DNA from: Lepidodermella squamata | Lineage: Eukaryota > Animalia > Gastrotricha | Reading direction: 5' to 3' | DNA: 64,000 nucleotides | Assembly: GCA_047495785.1 (NCBI GenBank) | Contig: JBLDXI010000017.1 | Location: forward strand, 1,984,001-2,048,000 | Shown: piece by piece, positions 1 through 12,585 of the stretch | How the letters are laid out: the number at the start of each line of letters is the position of its first letter | How positions within the stretch are numbered: position 1 is the stretch's first letter | Program-made: the position numbers and the translations under genes | The notes under the pieces: generated by a model | Seen by the model: the letters and a program-made list of their open reading frames with translations, nothing else | Database searches by the model: none | What the model was told of the DNA's origin: nothing

Positions 1-2
1 GT

Positions 3-989
3 CCAACTACGGATCACTCTCAGGGTAACGCTAGGGGTCGTTATGGTTTGGCTAGCGGCGGGTTCAACGGTGCTACATCGATGTTGCGGACGAAAAATCT
101 TAGTCAGGACCAAGCAACTTGCATGACGTTCTGGTACTTCATGGGCAACAATGACGCTGGAGGTATTAACGTGTCTGTGATCGACCGTGACGGTGAGCGT
201 CCAATCTATCAAATTTCGTCGAGCAACCGTTTCACTGGCTCTTGGATCAATCCACAAGTCCCGGTTTCTCGAACAAACGGCCAGTTTGCTATCAAATTCA
301 CCGCTATTTCAGGTGGAAGCAGATCAGTCATCGCTATCGACGATATCGAGATGGGCCGCAATTCCAAATGCACCCCACTCAGCCGCTCCGGTTCAGCCCT
401 TCTTCCTCCTGGGCAACGTCGTAAGCGTCAATCTTCTCAAATCGACTGTCGATTCGGTAACAACGACTTCTGCGACTGGACTAACAATGGAAAATGGCAA
501 GCAGTTACAACTTCTGCTCAGGTTGAGACCAGCGGGCCTGATGATCGCTTCGCGCACGTCACCAGTGGTCGTCTCATTGTTTCAGCCAACAACGCTCGTA
601 CACTGCCTGGGGCACCGTCCGCAGATCTGACGTCGAACTTGACTGGCATTCTGACTTCACCTACAGTCAATAACATCCCGAGGTCTTGCTTCCGGTTTTA
701 CTACAAACTCAGTGGATGGTACCGTGCTTTACCCATGGATACCCTTACTGTCTACATTCGCAGCGCTGCAAATGCCAATCGACGCCGCATTATCGCCTCG
801 CTTTCGGCGTCTCAGTCGCCCCTCCGCGATTCTATGGACGAATGGATCGAACAGCGTTTCACTGTTTTCGAGCCCCAAAGCTACCAAGTCATCCTGGAAG
901 GCACTACTGGTGACTCTTGGATCGGCACTCTCGCCGTTGACGACATCCAGCTGAAGTCGAGCCCTTGCCCGAGTGCTACCTTCCGTTGA
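3..989 (+). CDS. 3' part of a secreted tandem MAM-domain protein (5' end lies outside the window)
   Basis: The frame is open from base 3 (PTTDHSQGNARGRYG). There are two MAM domains (CMTFWYFM...IAIDDI; CRFGNNDFCDW...CFRFYY...LAVDDIQL) separated by a furin-like RRKR. Stop at 989, AATAAA near 1069. Confidence 0.85.
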   Translation, partial: PTTDHSQGNARGRYGLASGGFNGATSMLRTKNLSQDQATCMTFWYFMGNNDAGGINVSVIDRDGERPIYQISSSNRFTGSWINPQVPVSRTNGQFAIKFTAISGGSRSVIAIDDIEMGRNSKCTPLSRSGSALLPPGQRRKRQSSQIDCRFGNNDFCDWTNNGKWQAVTTSAQVETSGPDDRFAHVTSGRLIVSANNARTLPGAPSADLTSNLTGILTSPTVNNIPRSCFRFYYKLSGWYRALPMDTLTVYIRSAANANRRRIIASLSASQSPLRDSMDEWIEQRFTVFEPQSYQVILEGTTGDSWIGTLAVDDIQLKSSPCPSATFR

Positions 990-1719
990 AAATCGCTAAA
1001 ATATCTTTCTAATTGCTGTAATTTGTCCGATTTATTAGATTCTTACTCAATGATGATGATTTTTCAATAATAAAACATGTGACTTTGTAAGGCTTGCATG
1101 GCTTTGAGCATGAATCAATTGCTGCATTGGAGAAACTCGAGATTGTCGGCCCATTAGGAATTGCATGGGCGCATCGCACTTACCATAAAATTACTATGCT
1201 TTTAATTCGATGGGTTTGATCAGATCAGCTATTTGAATAAAGCAATCGTGCATTTGACTGCAGGCGATTCTGCCGTCCTAGTAATATAGGGTTTTCGTTC
1301 TTCGAATTGTAAATCATGTAGGTCAAACAGGGCCTTACATTATCTCTTGAGATCCAAATGAAAATGGCATGATGAGGGGGAAGTTTGTACACCATTATCA
1401 GATTCTAATATCTTTGAATTTAGCGTAACACCCCGCCACAAAACGGCAAAAGTGAGAAATTGCCAGAAGTGAGCGGAGAGAGAAAAATCTTGTGGTGGCG
1501 CTACATGTTAACATAATAGATGTGCTCTACATACAAATGCAGTGCTTGGACATGCATCCAGGAATATGCTGAGAAAAAAATCGCCCGCACTGTAAAATGC
1601 GTTGGCTGAAGGAGTGCTACATCTATGTTGATTCATTGTTCAAGCTAAAGCCAAAGCGGAAACATTTAAAGACAGCATCTTGAAATGTCTTTCTATCATT
1701 TATTTGTTTAGCCAAAATT

Positions 1720-4613
1720 ATGACAGTATTGAAGACAGCTATCCACTTTGCAGCTCTCGTTCAAATCGCTATTTTAGCAGACAGTGCAGAGAAGTTGGTA
1801 CCTCCACCGGATGCTAAGCCAACGGCGAGCTGTTCAACTCTTAACTGTTTAGATTGGGAACAGACTTACGGCTGGGATGAAAGCGAGGACACAGAAGGCG
1901 CGGAAAGATTCGGCTATTTCCGAGTTACCGATCCTTCAAATGAGCAAATCATCTCGAAAAAGATCGAGGTGATACAGGATCCAGATTTAACCGCGGCATG
2001 CGTCAGCATCCAATATCGAGTTTCTGGTGGTAATCAGGCCAAATTATCAATCCAATACAAAAACATGCAAACTTCAGCGTTAATCAGCACTTGGGAGGCG
2101 AACGCTAACGGCGAATCTAACGAGCAGTGGGCCTCAGACACTTTTCAGATCAACCAGCCTCCTAAATCTATTCAGATTATCTTGAGTGTTACCTCACAGT
2201 CTTCATTCACCACAACTGTTGATATCTCGCAGCTCGATGCTTATTCTTCACCATGTTATAAACGCGATGGCGATTCTTTTGTTCGATTCAAACCACTTCC
2301 AGGAGCGGAAAGCTCTCCCAATTCCTACTGGCCGAATGGAATCGTGCCCTATGAATTTGCCCCTGGGTTCCAGATCGAGCAACGCATGAAGATGATGGAC
2401 CTTTTCAATGAAATTTCGCAGAGAGTGCCTTGCATTCGTTTCGTGAAGCATGGCGATGAAACGGGATATGTCAGATTCGAGCCGTCGGAAGATGGCTGCG
2501 AGGCTGATATCGGTTATCAAGGATCAAAGCAGAAGGCAATTATGAACAACCAGTGTTTCTCCGATGGAATGCCCGGCCATGTAGTTCTCCATGCGTTGGG
2601 GCTGAGGCACGAGCATGTAAGCCATTTCCCATTCTAAAAGTCATGAACTAAAATTTGTTACGCTAGATTCGCGGAAATCGAGACGAGTTCATTCGTATTT
2701 TGAATGAAAATGTCGACCCAAGCCAGATGGCCCAGCTGCAGAAACGTCCTAAATTGGTTGATGAGAAACTCAAAAATATTGCCTATGACAAGCAGTCGAT
2801 TCTTCATGCTGGCTCAACCGACTTCGCGAAGCGCCCTGGACTGAAAACGATTGTATCAAAGGCTGATCAAAACGAGGAGTTGAGCAACAAAGTGGGTCCA
2901 ACTGACTTGGATTACGCTAAATTAGCAGCCGTGTATGGCTGTGCTGCGCGTCCGAAGGCTGCTCCTACCACACCGGCAACTATACCGGCCGACCCTGCAG
3001 ATCTAACCCCTTGCACACAGATTTTGAGACCAACTCGCGGTAACAACGTGCTATCCAACTATCGTCGCCGATCAAACGGCTTATATCGCCCGAATGAAAG
3101 ATGTGCCTGGCTTGTCAAAGTGACACCGCCTTTTCACGTTCAATTCAAGGTTCAAAGCTTCAACCTGGAGTCTTCTCCTCAGTGTGCGACGGATGCTGTC
3201 GAGTTCTACGCAGGGACAGATGCGGTTACTGCGAATAGACGGGGTCCAAAGCTTTGCGGCAGTAATGTAACCGCTGGGACGACAGTCACTGTTGATAGCT
3301 CTACTGCCCTGCTTGTTTTCCGAACCGATGGTTTTATTGAAAGCACTGGCTTTCAAATTTCCTTTGCGGCAGTAGCCCCTGTTTCTTCGATGACATCTAC
3401 GGCAGAGTGCTACTTCGATCAAGATTCTTGTGATTGGAAACTGGACTCGGGTACGCTGAGATGGCGCGTTGGTCCCAACGCAGCAATCGGCGCAGATCAC
3501 ACGGCTTCGGGTGGAGATGGATTTCTTTACTTGGATGCTGCCAACGGAAGTTTGATTAGAAGAAATGTGGAAGTTTCAACCGCATCGCCTTTCACCGGTC
3601 TCCTGTCGCGTTATCCTAGCGTGTGCCTAAGTTTCTGGTACCGCTTCAACGATCAGAATGGGGCAAGATCTTCTCTTGGCACATTGAAGCTTTTCGCTTT
3701 CGCTGAAGGCACAGACCCAATTCTGCTATGGGATTCTGTGAAAGATGGCGATGGCGATGCTCTGCGGAGATGGGCAAGGGCTAACGTCGAACTAAAGCGG
3801 GAGACGTATGACGGCGACGATTACCGTTTCAAATTTATTGGCCAGCTGGCGAGAACTACTCGCGGCGGAATCGCCATTGATGACATTCAGCTGAATACAA
3901 CTGCATGCGAGCCCGATGAAGAAGTTATAACAACAACCACTACCAGTTCAACAACGACCACCACCAGGTCGACGACGACTGCTTCAATTACGGTAATCAA
4001 TCGAGGTGGACTTCGGCTGACTACATCAACGATCCGGACACCAAGAACTAGGCCTCAACTAACGACAGTCCCTCCAACGACTCCAGTGCCAAGTGATGGA
4101 TTGCTTTGCGACTTTGAGGCTGGAAATCTGTGCGACGGCTCTTTCGATTTGGAGCCCCCTGCTGGTTCGAACGGGTTTTTATGGGAGGTAATTCGAGGCC
4201 GGTTTGCGACCTCATCTTCAGGCTCGCCTCTAACTGACCACACCAGCGGGGCCCAATCAGGACGCTATGCTGTAGCAAGGTCGAATTCACGATCCCGTGG
4301 TGACCAAGCTATTCTTGAGTCCAAGCGATTTGATAGCGAAAGCGGCAATTGCTTAGCCTTCTCCTATTACATGAATGGCGATGCTGCGGCGCAACTTGAT
4401 GTTAGGCTTGTCACGGCAACGGCTATCAAGTCGCTGCTTAACTTCCGCGGTAGCAAAGGTAGGGCGTGGAAGGAGGCCGTTGTCAAGATCAACGTTTCGC
4501 CGGGCCGTGAGTTCAGCGTGCGATTCACAGCCACAATGGGAGGTTCATCTCAATCGGACATAGCTATTGATGACATTCGCCTATTCTCTGGTGAAAGATG
4601 CGTCTTGAGCTAG
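1720..4613 (+). CDS. Secreted MAM / pseudo-astacin / CUB / MAM / Thr-rich / MAM protein (meprin/tolloid-like mosaic); exons 1720-2616 and 2667-4613
   Basis: Signal peptide; astacin start WPNGIVPY. A 50-nt GT-AG intron (2617-2666) joins HEH to IRGNRDEFIRILNENV in frame. CUB (NERCAWLV...FNLESSPQC...DAVEFY...FRTDG), two C-terminal MAMs ending IAIDDI, poly-Thr linker. Confidence 0.88.
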
Positions 4614-4873
4614 ACTGTTAAAGCATGAGCACTGATGAACTTTGACTTACGTTTTTTTTCTCACCAATACAAAGTATTTATCCAAGCACGTCTTCTACCA
4701 ATAGATAGTAGACTTACCCAGCATAACAAAACAGTAAATAATTTAAAATGGCCACCGCCAAGCACGTTTTCTGAAGTCTTTGCCATGAAAAAGTGCACAC
4801 AAAAGATTAACCAAAGCGCTTTACGTGAAAGTTGAACAATCGAGTTTACGGATGTTAATAAGGCTAGATAAAA

Positions 4874-7800
4874 ATGAAGATTTATCTTTTCCTGACATTG
4901 GAGTTCGTGTTCTTGCCATTGACGCTGAGTGAGGACAGCGGATCAGACTCATCGTTGCCAGCCGAAAGTGCTCTCCTTAACGGATGCAACTTCGCAGTAG
5001 AAAGCTGCTCAAATTTTTGGCGATACGATGCTCAGTCTTGGACTCGTACAACCGATAATGCGGCGAATGCTGGCTATTTAAAGGCTAATAATGCGCGATC
5101 AACCGTTTCTATGACATCCTCGAACGTTCAGCCTGTACCTGGGCACAATTCAATCTGCCTTAATTTTAGCTACAAATTACAAGCAACTAACGTTTCCTTT
5201 TATGTTTTCTCTCAAATGACAAACCGTACTGGACAAACAGCTAGTTCGAGTGAAAATCCAAACCGGAAGCGCGAATGGGAAACTTCCGGCCTAGAAAGTT
5301 CGGGTAAATGGATGTTTAAAACGCTAGAAATTGAAGCGGCTAACCAAAGAATTCAAATCGTATTCCGAGCAAACTATTCCGTTGATGATCCCACTACAAC
5401 AGTCGCTCTAGGGTTCATTAGAGTTTACAACGTTTCGTGCTCATCGCATTCAATCCAGCCTACAACCACAAAGCGTATGGCCAGATTGATTGATACTTCC
5501 GGTCCGCCAAAACAAGAGGTTTTAGGCTTGCATTCTTAAAACTGATCATTAAATTATTTCTTTGCTTATAGGCGCAACAACGCCATCCGGTAAATTGCGA
5601 TTTCGATCAAGACACATGTGAGTGGAGGTCCCCATCTACTATTACCGGATGGGCAAAACAAGTAATTGCTGGCATTCCAACTGGAGCTAACAATCGGCCT
5701 GGTTATATTGCCGTTGATGCAATTAAATCTGATATCAACACGGAGATAACCATCCAAAGCTCGAATATCCGGTCTATTCTTGACTCCAACTCCGAGATGT
5801 GCGTGAAATTTTGGTACCGGATCGCTTTGGAGACTTCAAACTCAAGTTTAGTTACTCTACGGCTGATGGCAGTTTCCAATAATGATTCAGCTTTGATTTG
5901 GACAACCGAGGACCTCCCGGCAAATTCCGTGCTATCGAAGAGATGGAGTTCATTCGAGGTAACACTGTTTCCGGATGATTTTATACCGAGCTTGCCCTAC
6001 TTTTTGAAGTGGGTTGCTATTTTGAAGCAGAACGCACGTGGAGGTGTTGCAGTTGATGATGTGCAACTTTCCGTCGGGAAATGCATCGGAACTCGTGATG
6101 AGCCCCTTACAAGGGCCAGCATACCGCCAGTAACTACTGAGTCTGCGCCGGCCACTAGGCTAATCTCAGTTACACCAGCAAAAATCGCAAGAGTTCCAAA
6201 TGAATACGACTGCGATTTCGAAAGCGCTAATCTTTGCAATTGGAAGCAGACTAACGCTCCGCTGAAATGGGTACTTGAAAATAGTGGATTAAATCATGTT
6301 ATCGAAGGCGATCTTTCTGGAAATCCAAGTCCTACTTATTTGTTACTCAATGTTAGCCATACCGGAAACAAAGCTGCTAAGTTGGAATCTAGTCTGATTC
6401 CAGCCAATCTTTTCCAGTGCTTCCGTTTCTCTTACTACATGAGCGGCCGATTACAACAGGGTCAGCTGACTCTCACTTTAAGATTAGCTGGTGAAGATGG
6501 CGAGAGAATGATTTTCACGGCAATCGGCAACAAGAAGCCGGTTTGGAATGCGGTTAGGGTCAATTTGGATGGTGTTATCAAAGATTTTTATCTGACTTTT
6601 ATCGCGAAATCTGGAGGAACTCGAGATCCGGCGATTGCTCTTGACGATCTGCTCTTCACGACTGAGAGTTGCCATCAACAGAGATCTACTAAACGTATAC
6701 GCCGATCATTTGAGGAGCCGTACGTGGAGCATGTTGTTGACGGCGACACCGCTGCTAAGCCGCCGACTCAGTACCTTTGTGACTTCGAAAATACTACACC
6801 CACCGGGATCTGCGTGGATAAGTTAGGCTTAGTTACGAGAAGCGGGTCAAATTTCCAGTGGCGATTTACTTCCGGATCACTTCTAACCGCTTCATCTTAC
6901 ATGGGGCCCAAAAGAGATCACACATCGAACTCATCCTCTGGCAAATTTCTACTTGCGCGAGCTGAAAGTGAGCTGAAGAGGGGTGATGCTGCGACTATAT
7001 CGACACGTCGGTTCGACCCGGGTGAAGTCAATTGCATTCGCTTCTTTTACTTCATGAATGGAACTGGACAAGGAGCTTTTGATGTTGTGCAAATATCAGC
7101 TGTCGATGGTCGGCAAAATAGGAGCATCTTTAGGATTCGTGGTAATGTAAACAACGTATGGCGTGAAGTTTCACGAAAAATTGAGAACTTGCCGCGGAAC
7201 GCTGCGTTCAAAATTCAATTCGCTGCAACTGTGGGCGAAGGAAATTTCTCAGACATAGCAATCGATGACCTTCAAGTGCTTTCTACAACGGACGATGCGT
7301 GCCTAGCGCCGTCTGCTTCGACGACAACAATTCCGCCAACTACTCTGAAACGAAATAATAACAGAATCACAGCGAAACCGGTAGCGGGTGTTTATCCTCT
7401 TGATGAAGGTTTAGCTTGTGCAGATCAAGAAAGCTGTATGTGGGATTTGAATACGGCACTATCAACCGCAGATGGTTGGCGCTTTTCAAGAAGAGGACCT
7501 GGAAGCGAGCTTATACTCCCTGATGCGAATTTCCTTTTTGTTTCCGACGTCAACCACCGGCAAGGCGAGGCAGAAGACGAAGATCTGGTTCAAGATACAA
7601 TCGCCACTTTAACTTCACCAATTATAAGCCGAATTGCCTCCCCCGGATGCTTTTCGTTTTACTGGAAGATGGGTGGCCTATTCAAGGAGAGCGCTTTGCC
7701 GACAACAGAACTTCAAGTCATTTTACAAAACGCGACATCGAGCTCTCAAAGTCGTTTAATCGCATCAATATCAGGATCTTCGTTATCTTCACAAGAGTGG

Positions 7801-7962
7801 CAACGTTTAAGGCTGTCTTTCTTTGGGAAAGGCAGTTTTAAAATTAGAATCGAAGTTCTGAGCGGTGATGTCCTCTCAACGTTTGTGGCAATCGATGCTC
7901 TGAATATTCTTCGCGGAGAGGAATGTTACTGGTCATCAGATGAGACCGCCGACTCTGAATAG
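4874..7962 (+). CDS. Secreted protein with about five tandem MAM domains; exons 4874-5518 and 5572-7962
   Basis: Signal peptide. A 53-nt GT-AG intron (5519-5571) joins in frame to AQQRHPVNCDFDQDTCEW. Repeated CDFE...C-W, C-xF-YY and (V/I)AxDD motifs; internal KRIRR basic site; no TM segment. Confidence 0.85.
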
Positions 7963-8445
7963 GTTTATTTGTTGCCGAAGTAAAATGATTGATATATATT
8001 TCTTCGCTAATTTGTTTACTGCGGCGTTTAGAGATTACAAATCACATAGAGGCGAAGTGATAGCCGCGTGATGACTCACTTTATGGAAGAAAGCCGATGT
8101 GAAATGAACAAAATATCGAATTACTGGCGGCACTTTTTGACAAGCTTCTTACATTGCCGGGCCAAATAACAAAATGTGTTATCGAAAGCGCGCAGCGCCG
8201 CATCGTAAAACTGGGAAGATTTTTGAATAATAATTATCGAGTTTATTAAATTGCATTTTACGCGAAAACTATCGATTGCTGACAGTCCGCCATCCGCTCT
8301 TTTGGATATCTTCGTTGTATTTTCCGAATTTGCGTTGTATGCGCCGACTGCTGTAATTATGGCGTTATAGCTCACCGCGGCGCCGTTTTATGGAGCCGCT
8401 TTTCGAGATGATAGCGACTCGTTTAGTCACATAGACCCGCTGAAT

Positions 8446-9543
8446 ATGGGCGAAAGGACTCTCGCCGGCCTTTTTGCCCTATGCATTATCGGCTTCGTGA
8501 AACACAGCCATGAATCGCTGCTCTGTCCACATGGCTGCAACTGCCACATGATCAAGGTGTGCTTGTTCGGCAACAAAACATTCTGCGGACGAAATGATCT
8601 ATTTCTACCATTTGTCGAACGGGACAGAACAAGCATTAACTCAATTAGGCGATCTCGCTGCTATTTCGAGATGGTGGAATGTCATCATCCGAACGTGCCT
8701 ATGTTGTCGAGTCAGTCGGAGGAGTCTCATCTAACAACAGCTCAAGTCATCAGCTTTTCTGAAAGCTTTTTCTACAACTTTAAGATCACTCAAAGGGATT
8801 TGTCATTTATGGGCGATGTTGTTCATTTATCGATTGAAGACAGTCCTCTAGTGAAAATTATCGGGAAATCAGCATTCAGCGGCCTGTGTGAGTTGATTTA
8901 TCTAAGATTACGTAACAACCAGATAACCTACATCGAGCCTACTGCGTTTGTCGGGAGCCGTTTAGCCATGCTAGATTTATCTGGGAATCCGATAAGAACG
9001 ATGGCCGAGGATGCGCTGCTCTGTTCAACCGTTGATTTACTTCTGCTCAATTACGCTCAGGCGGCAAATATTCGTTACTGCACCTTAGCTACATCAGTTC
9101 GACACATTGGTCTCTACAGGAACAGCGGACCGAATACGACTTTGGTAACAGAACGCTGCCCTGATGAGTTCGTTGATGTGGCATATTTTATGACAAACCG
9201 CCATGCTTTTACGATGATGGTCACCACAACTGAAGCGTGGCGAGAAAACATGACGACGTATCCGACCCTCAAACTCGCGCCAATCTTCATGAAACTAGCG
9301 TCGCGGACTGCTGACAACAGGCTTAGCCTGATTTTGCGAGCCATGTCCGGATCTAGCGTACTCTTCAATACAATCAACGACGTGTGTTCAATAAGCGAAA
9401 CGATCGACTCGCATTGCGAGACGTGCGAAGATACTGACGAGAGAATAGGAACGTCATCTGGACTGATTATCTTCACCTTTGCGTTGGCGACAATTGCATT
9501 TCTAAGAATAGTCTATTCATCTGCTGTTGTTAAGCGGTTTTAA
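8446..9543 (+). CDS. Single-pass leucine-rich-repeat membrane protein (paralog A)
   Basis: Signal peptide, LRRNT CPHGCNC, LRRs (LIYLRLRNNQITYIEPTAF; LAMLDLSGNPI), C-terminal TM and about 8-aa tail. Intronless; AATAAA near 9584. Confidence 0.85.
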   Translation: MGERTLAGLFALCIIGFVKHSHESLLCPHGCNCHMIKVCLFGNKTFCGRNDLFLPFVERDRTSINSIRRSRCYFEMVECHHPNVPMLSSQSEESHLTTAQVISFSESFFYNFKITQRDLSFMGDVVHLSIEDSPLVKIIGKSAFSGLCELIYLRLRNNQITYIEPTAFVGSRLAMLDLSGNPIRTMAEDALLCSTVDLLLLNYAQAANIRYCTLATSVRHIGLYRNSGPNTTLVTERCPDEFVDVAYFMTNRHAFTMMVTTTEAWRENMTTYPTLKLAPIFMKLASRTADNRLSLILRAMSGSSVLFNTINDVCSISETIDSHCETCEDTDERIGTSSGLIIFTFALATIAFLRIVYSSAVVKRF

Positions 9544-11033
9544 TAACTATTTTTCGTAGAAGTCATTGCTACTTCGGGTAATTAATAAAAAGTACATTAC
9601 ATGCTAATCTAATTTTGTTGTCGGTGACACAATTTGTATCCGAATTAAGGATCACCGCTAATAGGATTACGGTGTAAAAGCTTCACGATTCAAGAGCATT
9701 AGTCGTTTCAACAAGGCTGATTCAGTTAATATTTTGAAGGAAGGAAGTTGAATCTTCTTTTCAGAGCGCCAGCAAGATTTTGCGCTTGAATTTGGGCATT
9801 ATCAAGAAGAGACACCAGCTTTCTTCGATTTCTTCCCCATTAAGTTAACTGCTCATTCAAGAATCACGTCATAAGGAGACCCGCAGCACAGTGTTCTGAA
9901 CTATCTTTGAAACAGCTAAGTATGACATATAGCATAGTTGTAACCTCATAGCTGCTTTGTACCCCACTTTCAGCTCTTGGCGAGATTCTATGGCTTAGAT
10001 TCCGGATAGCTTTCACTATTCACATAAAATCAAGGTTAAGAAGGTGCGAATTCGAACATGGTAAACATATATTTGCAAGGTTTATAGTTTTTAATCCAAT
10101 TAATCCATGATTACAATGTCGGAAGTTTTAATCAAACCATGTCTCGGAAGGGTCCGCAATTTATTTTTATGGATTCTTTTCGCAGCCAAAGTTTCATTTG
10201 TGCTGCCTGAAAAATAACGACGAAGACTTGCAAGCCATTTCGTAAAATCTTAGCCTCAAAACAATATTATAATTACCCGATCGAATGCTTAGTTACACAA
10301 ATGGATTAATACGTTTATTCAATTATTTAAGTCCAGTACGCGGTTTGTCCAAGTTTTCGCACGACAATCTAATTGTTCTCATTGCTGCTATAGACAATTT
10401 AGCTAATGAAAATTGCAACGCTGGACTGCATTCAGATCACTGCGTCGGTAAAAATATAACAGCCATGTAGGAGGATCACGGATAGCAACTCTCTCCTTTA
10501 GCTTGAATCGGACTGTAAGCCGAAATCCTTATCAAATATACGACGATAACTCGCTATTTTTGAGATATATTTAATGGCCTTTTAAGAACACAACGGATCT
10601 CACATGACCCCTTCCAGATGCCTCTAAGTTATTAGATTAATCCATTTGAAAATGATACATGAACATATTTGTCCGGCCGATTTTCAGGGCGCTTCGATAA
10701 GAGTCCTCTTACTTCAAGTCTCACGATCAAGGTTAGGCACTTATGTTGATATGAGTGTTTTAAACACTACTGCTTATAACTTGGGTTTGCGCCGAAGGAA
10801 GACCGCTAAGTTTGATCTAAACCTCTTATACCCCGCAACATAAAAAAGAAAATGATCTGCTAGTATTTATCGCGCATTATTCTAATCTCTAATCAAAGCC
10901 GCCCAAATCAATGCCCAGATGAAATTAAATGATTAAAGTGATAGGTTTCTAATTGAGCTGAATCAACAATTAGTTTCGCCATTTAAAAATATTATATTTT
11001 AATCTTAGTTTTATATCAAAATTTATCGGAAAG

Positions 11034-12275
11034 ATGAAAGTCGAATCTGTCCAGTTTGAAAAGATTACGTCGATGATCACACCGATAAACGAAACCAGCC
11101 GCGACTTACTAAGCGGCTTACTCCCAAATATGGAAACGAGTTTGACTGAATATCAATACTTGATCCTTATATCAACAGCAACTGCCATGTTATTCGCAGT
11201 TATTTCGAACGTTTTAGTGCTAGGTAGACGCTTTCATTGTGGTACTCGTAAATCGACAACGTCAATGCATTCCAGCATTTCTACCTACATTTCAGTTTTA
11301 TCTCTGAATGATCTGCTCATGGCATTGTTGATTGGACCGCTCCTTATTACTGTCGTCCTATTCGAGGGGAAATGGATTTTCGGCGCTTTAGTCTGCAAGC
11401 TGCGAGAGCCAATTTTGAATGGAGTCGTAGGCTTGTCGTGCTCTTTGATGATGATCATCGCAATAGAACGGCACCAGCTGGTGATTTCGGAGTCGCTCAA
11501 CTTCAGGAGTACTGGCAGCGTAACTTCACAGTCAAGCTTTCTGTCAGGATCCCGTGCTTACGTTAGAATTCTCATCGTCAGCCTGATTCACTGCGCTCTG
11601 AATATCCCTCTACTTTGGACCGCGGAGGAATTAGATGTTATTATGCCGATTCCGGATTTCAGCTATCCCGGCGCTTTTTCGACTATATCGATCGGGAAAT
11701 TCTGCGTGCAGAGCTGGAGCTCTCAAATCACCTTCATCGTTTTCCGATTAGCACACTTCACAGTGTCATTCCTGATTCCACTTATCGTTACTTTTGTCCT
11801 GCATCTCAAAATAATCCATCACCTTCGGTACAGAATGCCGAGCTTTATCCTTATAAATAGATTGGCTCAATTAAGACGGACAAAACGAACTCTGCTAGTC
11901 GTCGTGATTGTCTTCGCACTTTGTTGGCTTCCTCATCAAACGCTGACGTTCATCATCGATATGAACATTTCGGGAGGAATTGATGAAATACCGCTAGCTG
12001 AGAGCTTGCCTTCAATCGTTTGCTGCTTCAAGATCATGACAATTCTTCAAGCTGGCATCAATCCGTTACTCTACAGCTGTAACCTGAGTCAAAGCTGGAC
12101 ATCACGTATCACGCGGAATTCACTGTTCCGTTCAACAGTATTGAGATCAATAGGGTCATCGAGTGATAAGGCCGCAACAAAATTTTTCATGTATAAACTA
12201 CGTGCCGGGAGAAATTACGGATCGGCGCGAGTAACGATTGCTAACACTGACTTTCGTCAAATCTCGAATTTGTGA
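11034..12275 (+). CDS. Rhodopsin-family (class A) peptide-receptor-like GPCR, intronless
   Basis: Seven hydrophobic segments; TM2 LSLNDLL, ECL1 WIFG...CK, TM3 IAIERH (DRY-like), TM5 FLIPL, TM6 FALCWLP, TM7 NPLLY. Confidence 0.9.
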   Translation: MKVESVQFEKITSMITPINETSRDLLSGLLPNMETSLTEYQYLILISTATAMLFAVISNVLVLGRRFHCGTRKSTTSMHSSISTYISVLSLNDLLMALLIGPLLITVVLFEGKWIFGALVCKLREPILNGVVGLSCSLMMIIAIERHQLVISESLNFRSTGSVTSQSSFLSGSRAYVRILIVSLIHCALNIPLLWTAEELDVIMPIPDFSYPGAFSTISIGKFCVQSWSSQITFIVFRLAHFTVSFLIPLIVTFVLHLKIIHHLRYRMPSFILINRLAQLRRTKRTLLVVVIVFALCWLPHQTLTFIIDMNISGGIDEIPLAESLPSIVCCFKIMTILQAGINPLLYSCNLSQSWTSRITRNSLFRSTVLRSIGSSSDKAATKFFMYKLRAGRNYGSARVTIANTDFRQISNL

Positions 12276-12585
12276 TTCTTTTTCCGCATCAGTGAATAAA
12301 AATTCATCTGCTGAATATATTGCTGTTTCTAAAGTCGGGCGAGCGAGCTCATGTCCTTTAGCTGCCGAATACATTTAATGAGTGTGGTCAGAGAACGTCT
12401 GTACGTAAACATCCGGTGACCGGAATCGTTTACTTCGACGCCACGGCGCCCGTGTAATCTTACGGAAGAGGTCTCTTGCTTTGTTTTTGAAATTAAAGCT
12501 ATATAATAGTGAGATAAATCAGGGACTGAGTCTTACCCATAGTCCCACTTTGTCCAAGTAGTAAGTAGAATTGGTGTGACGCACG

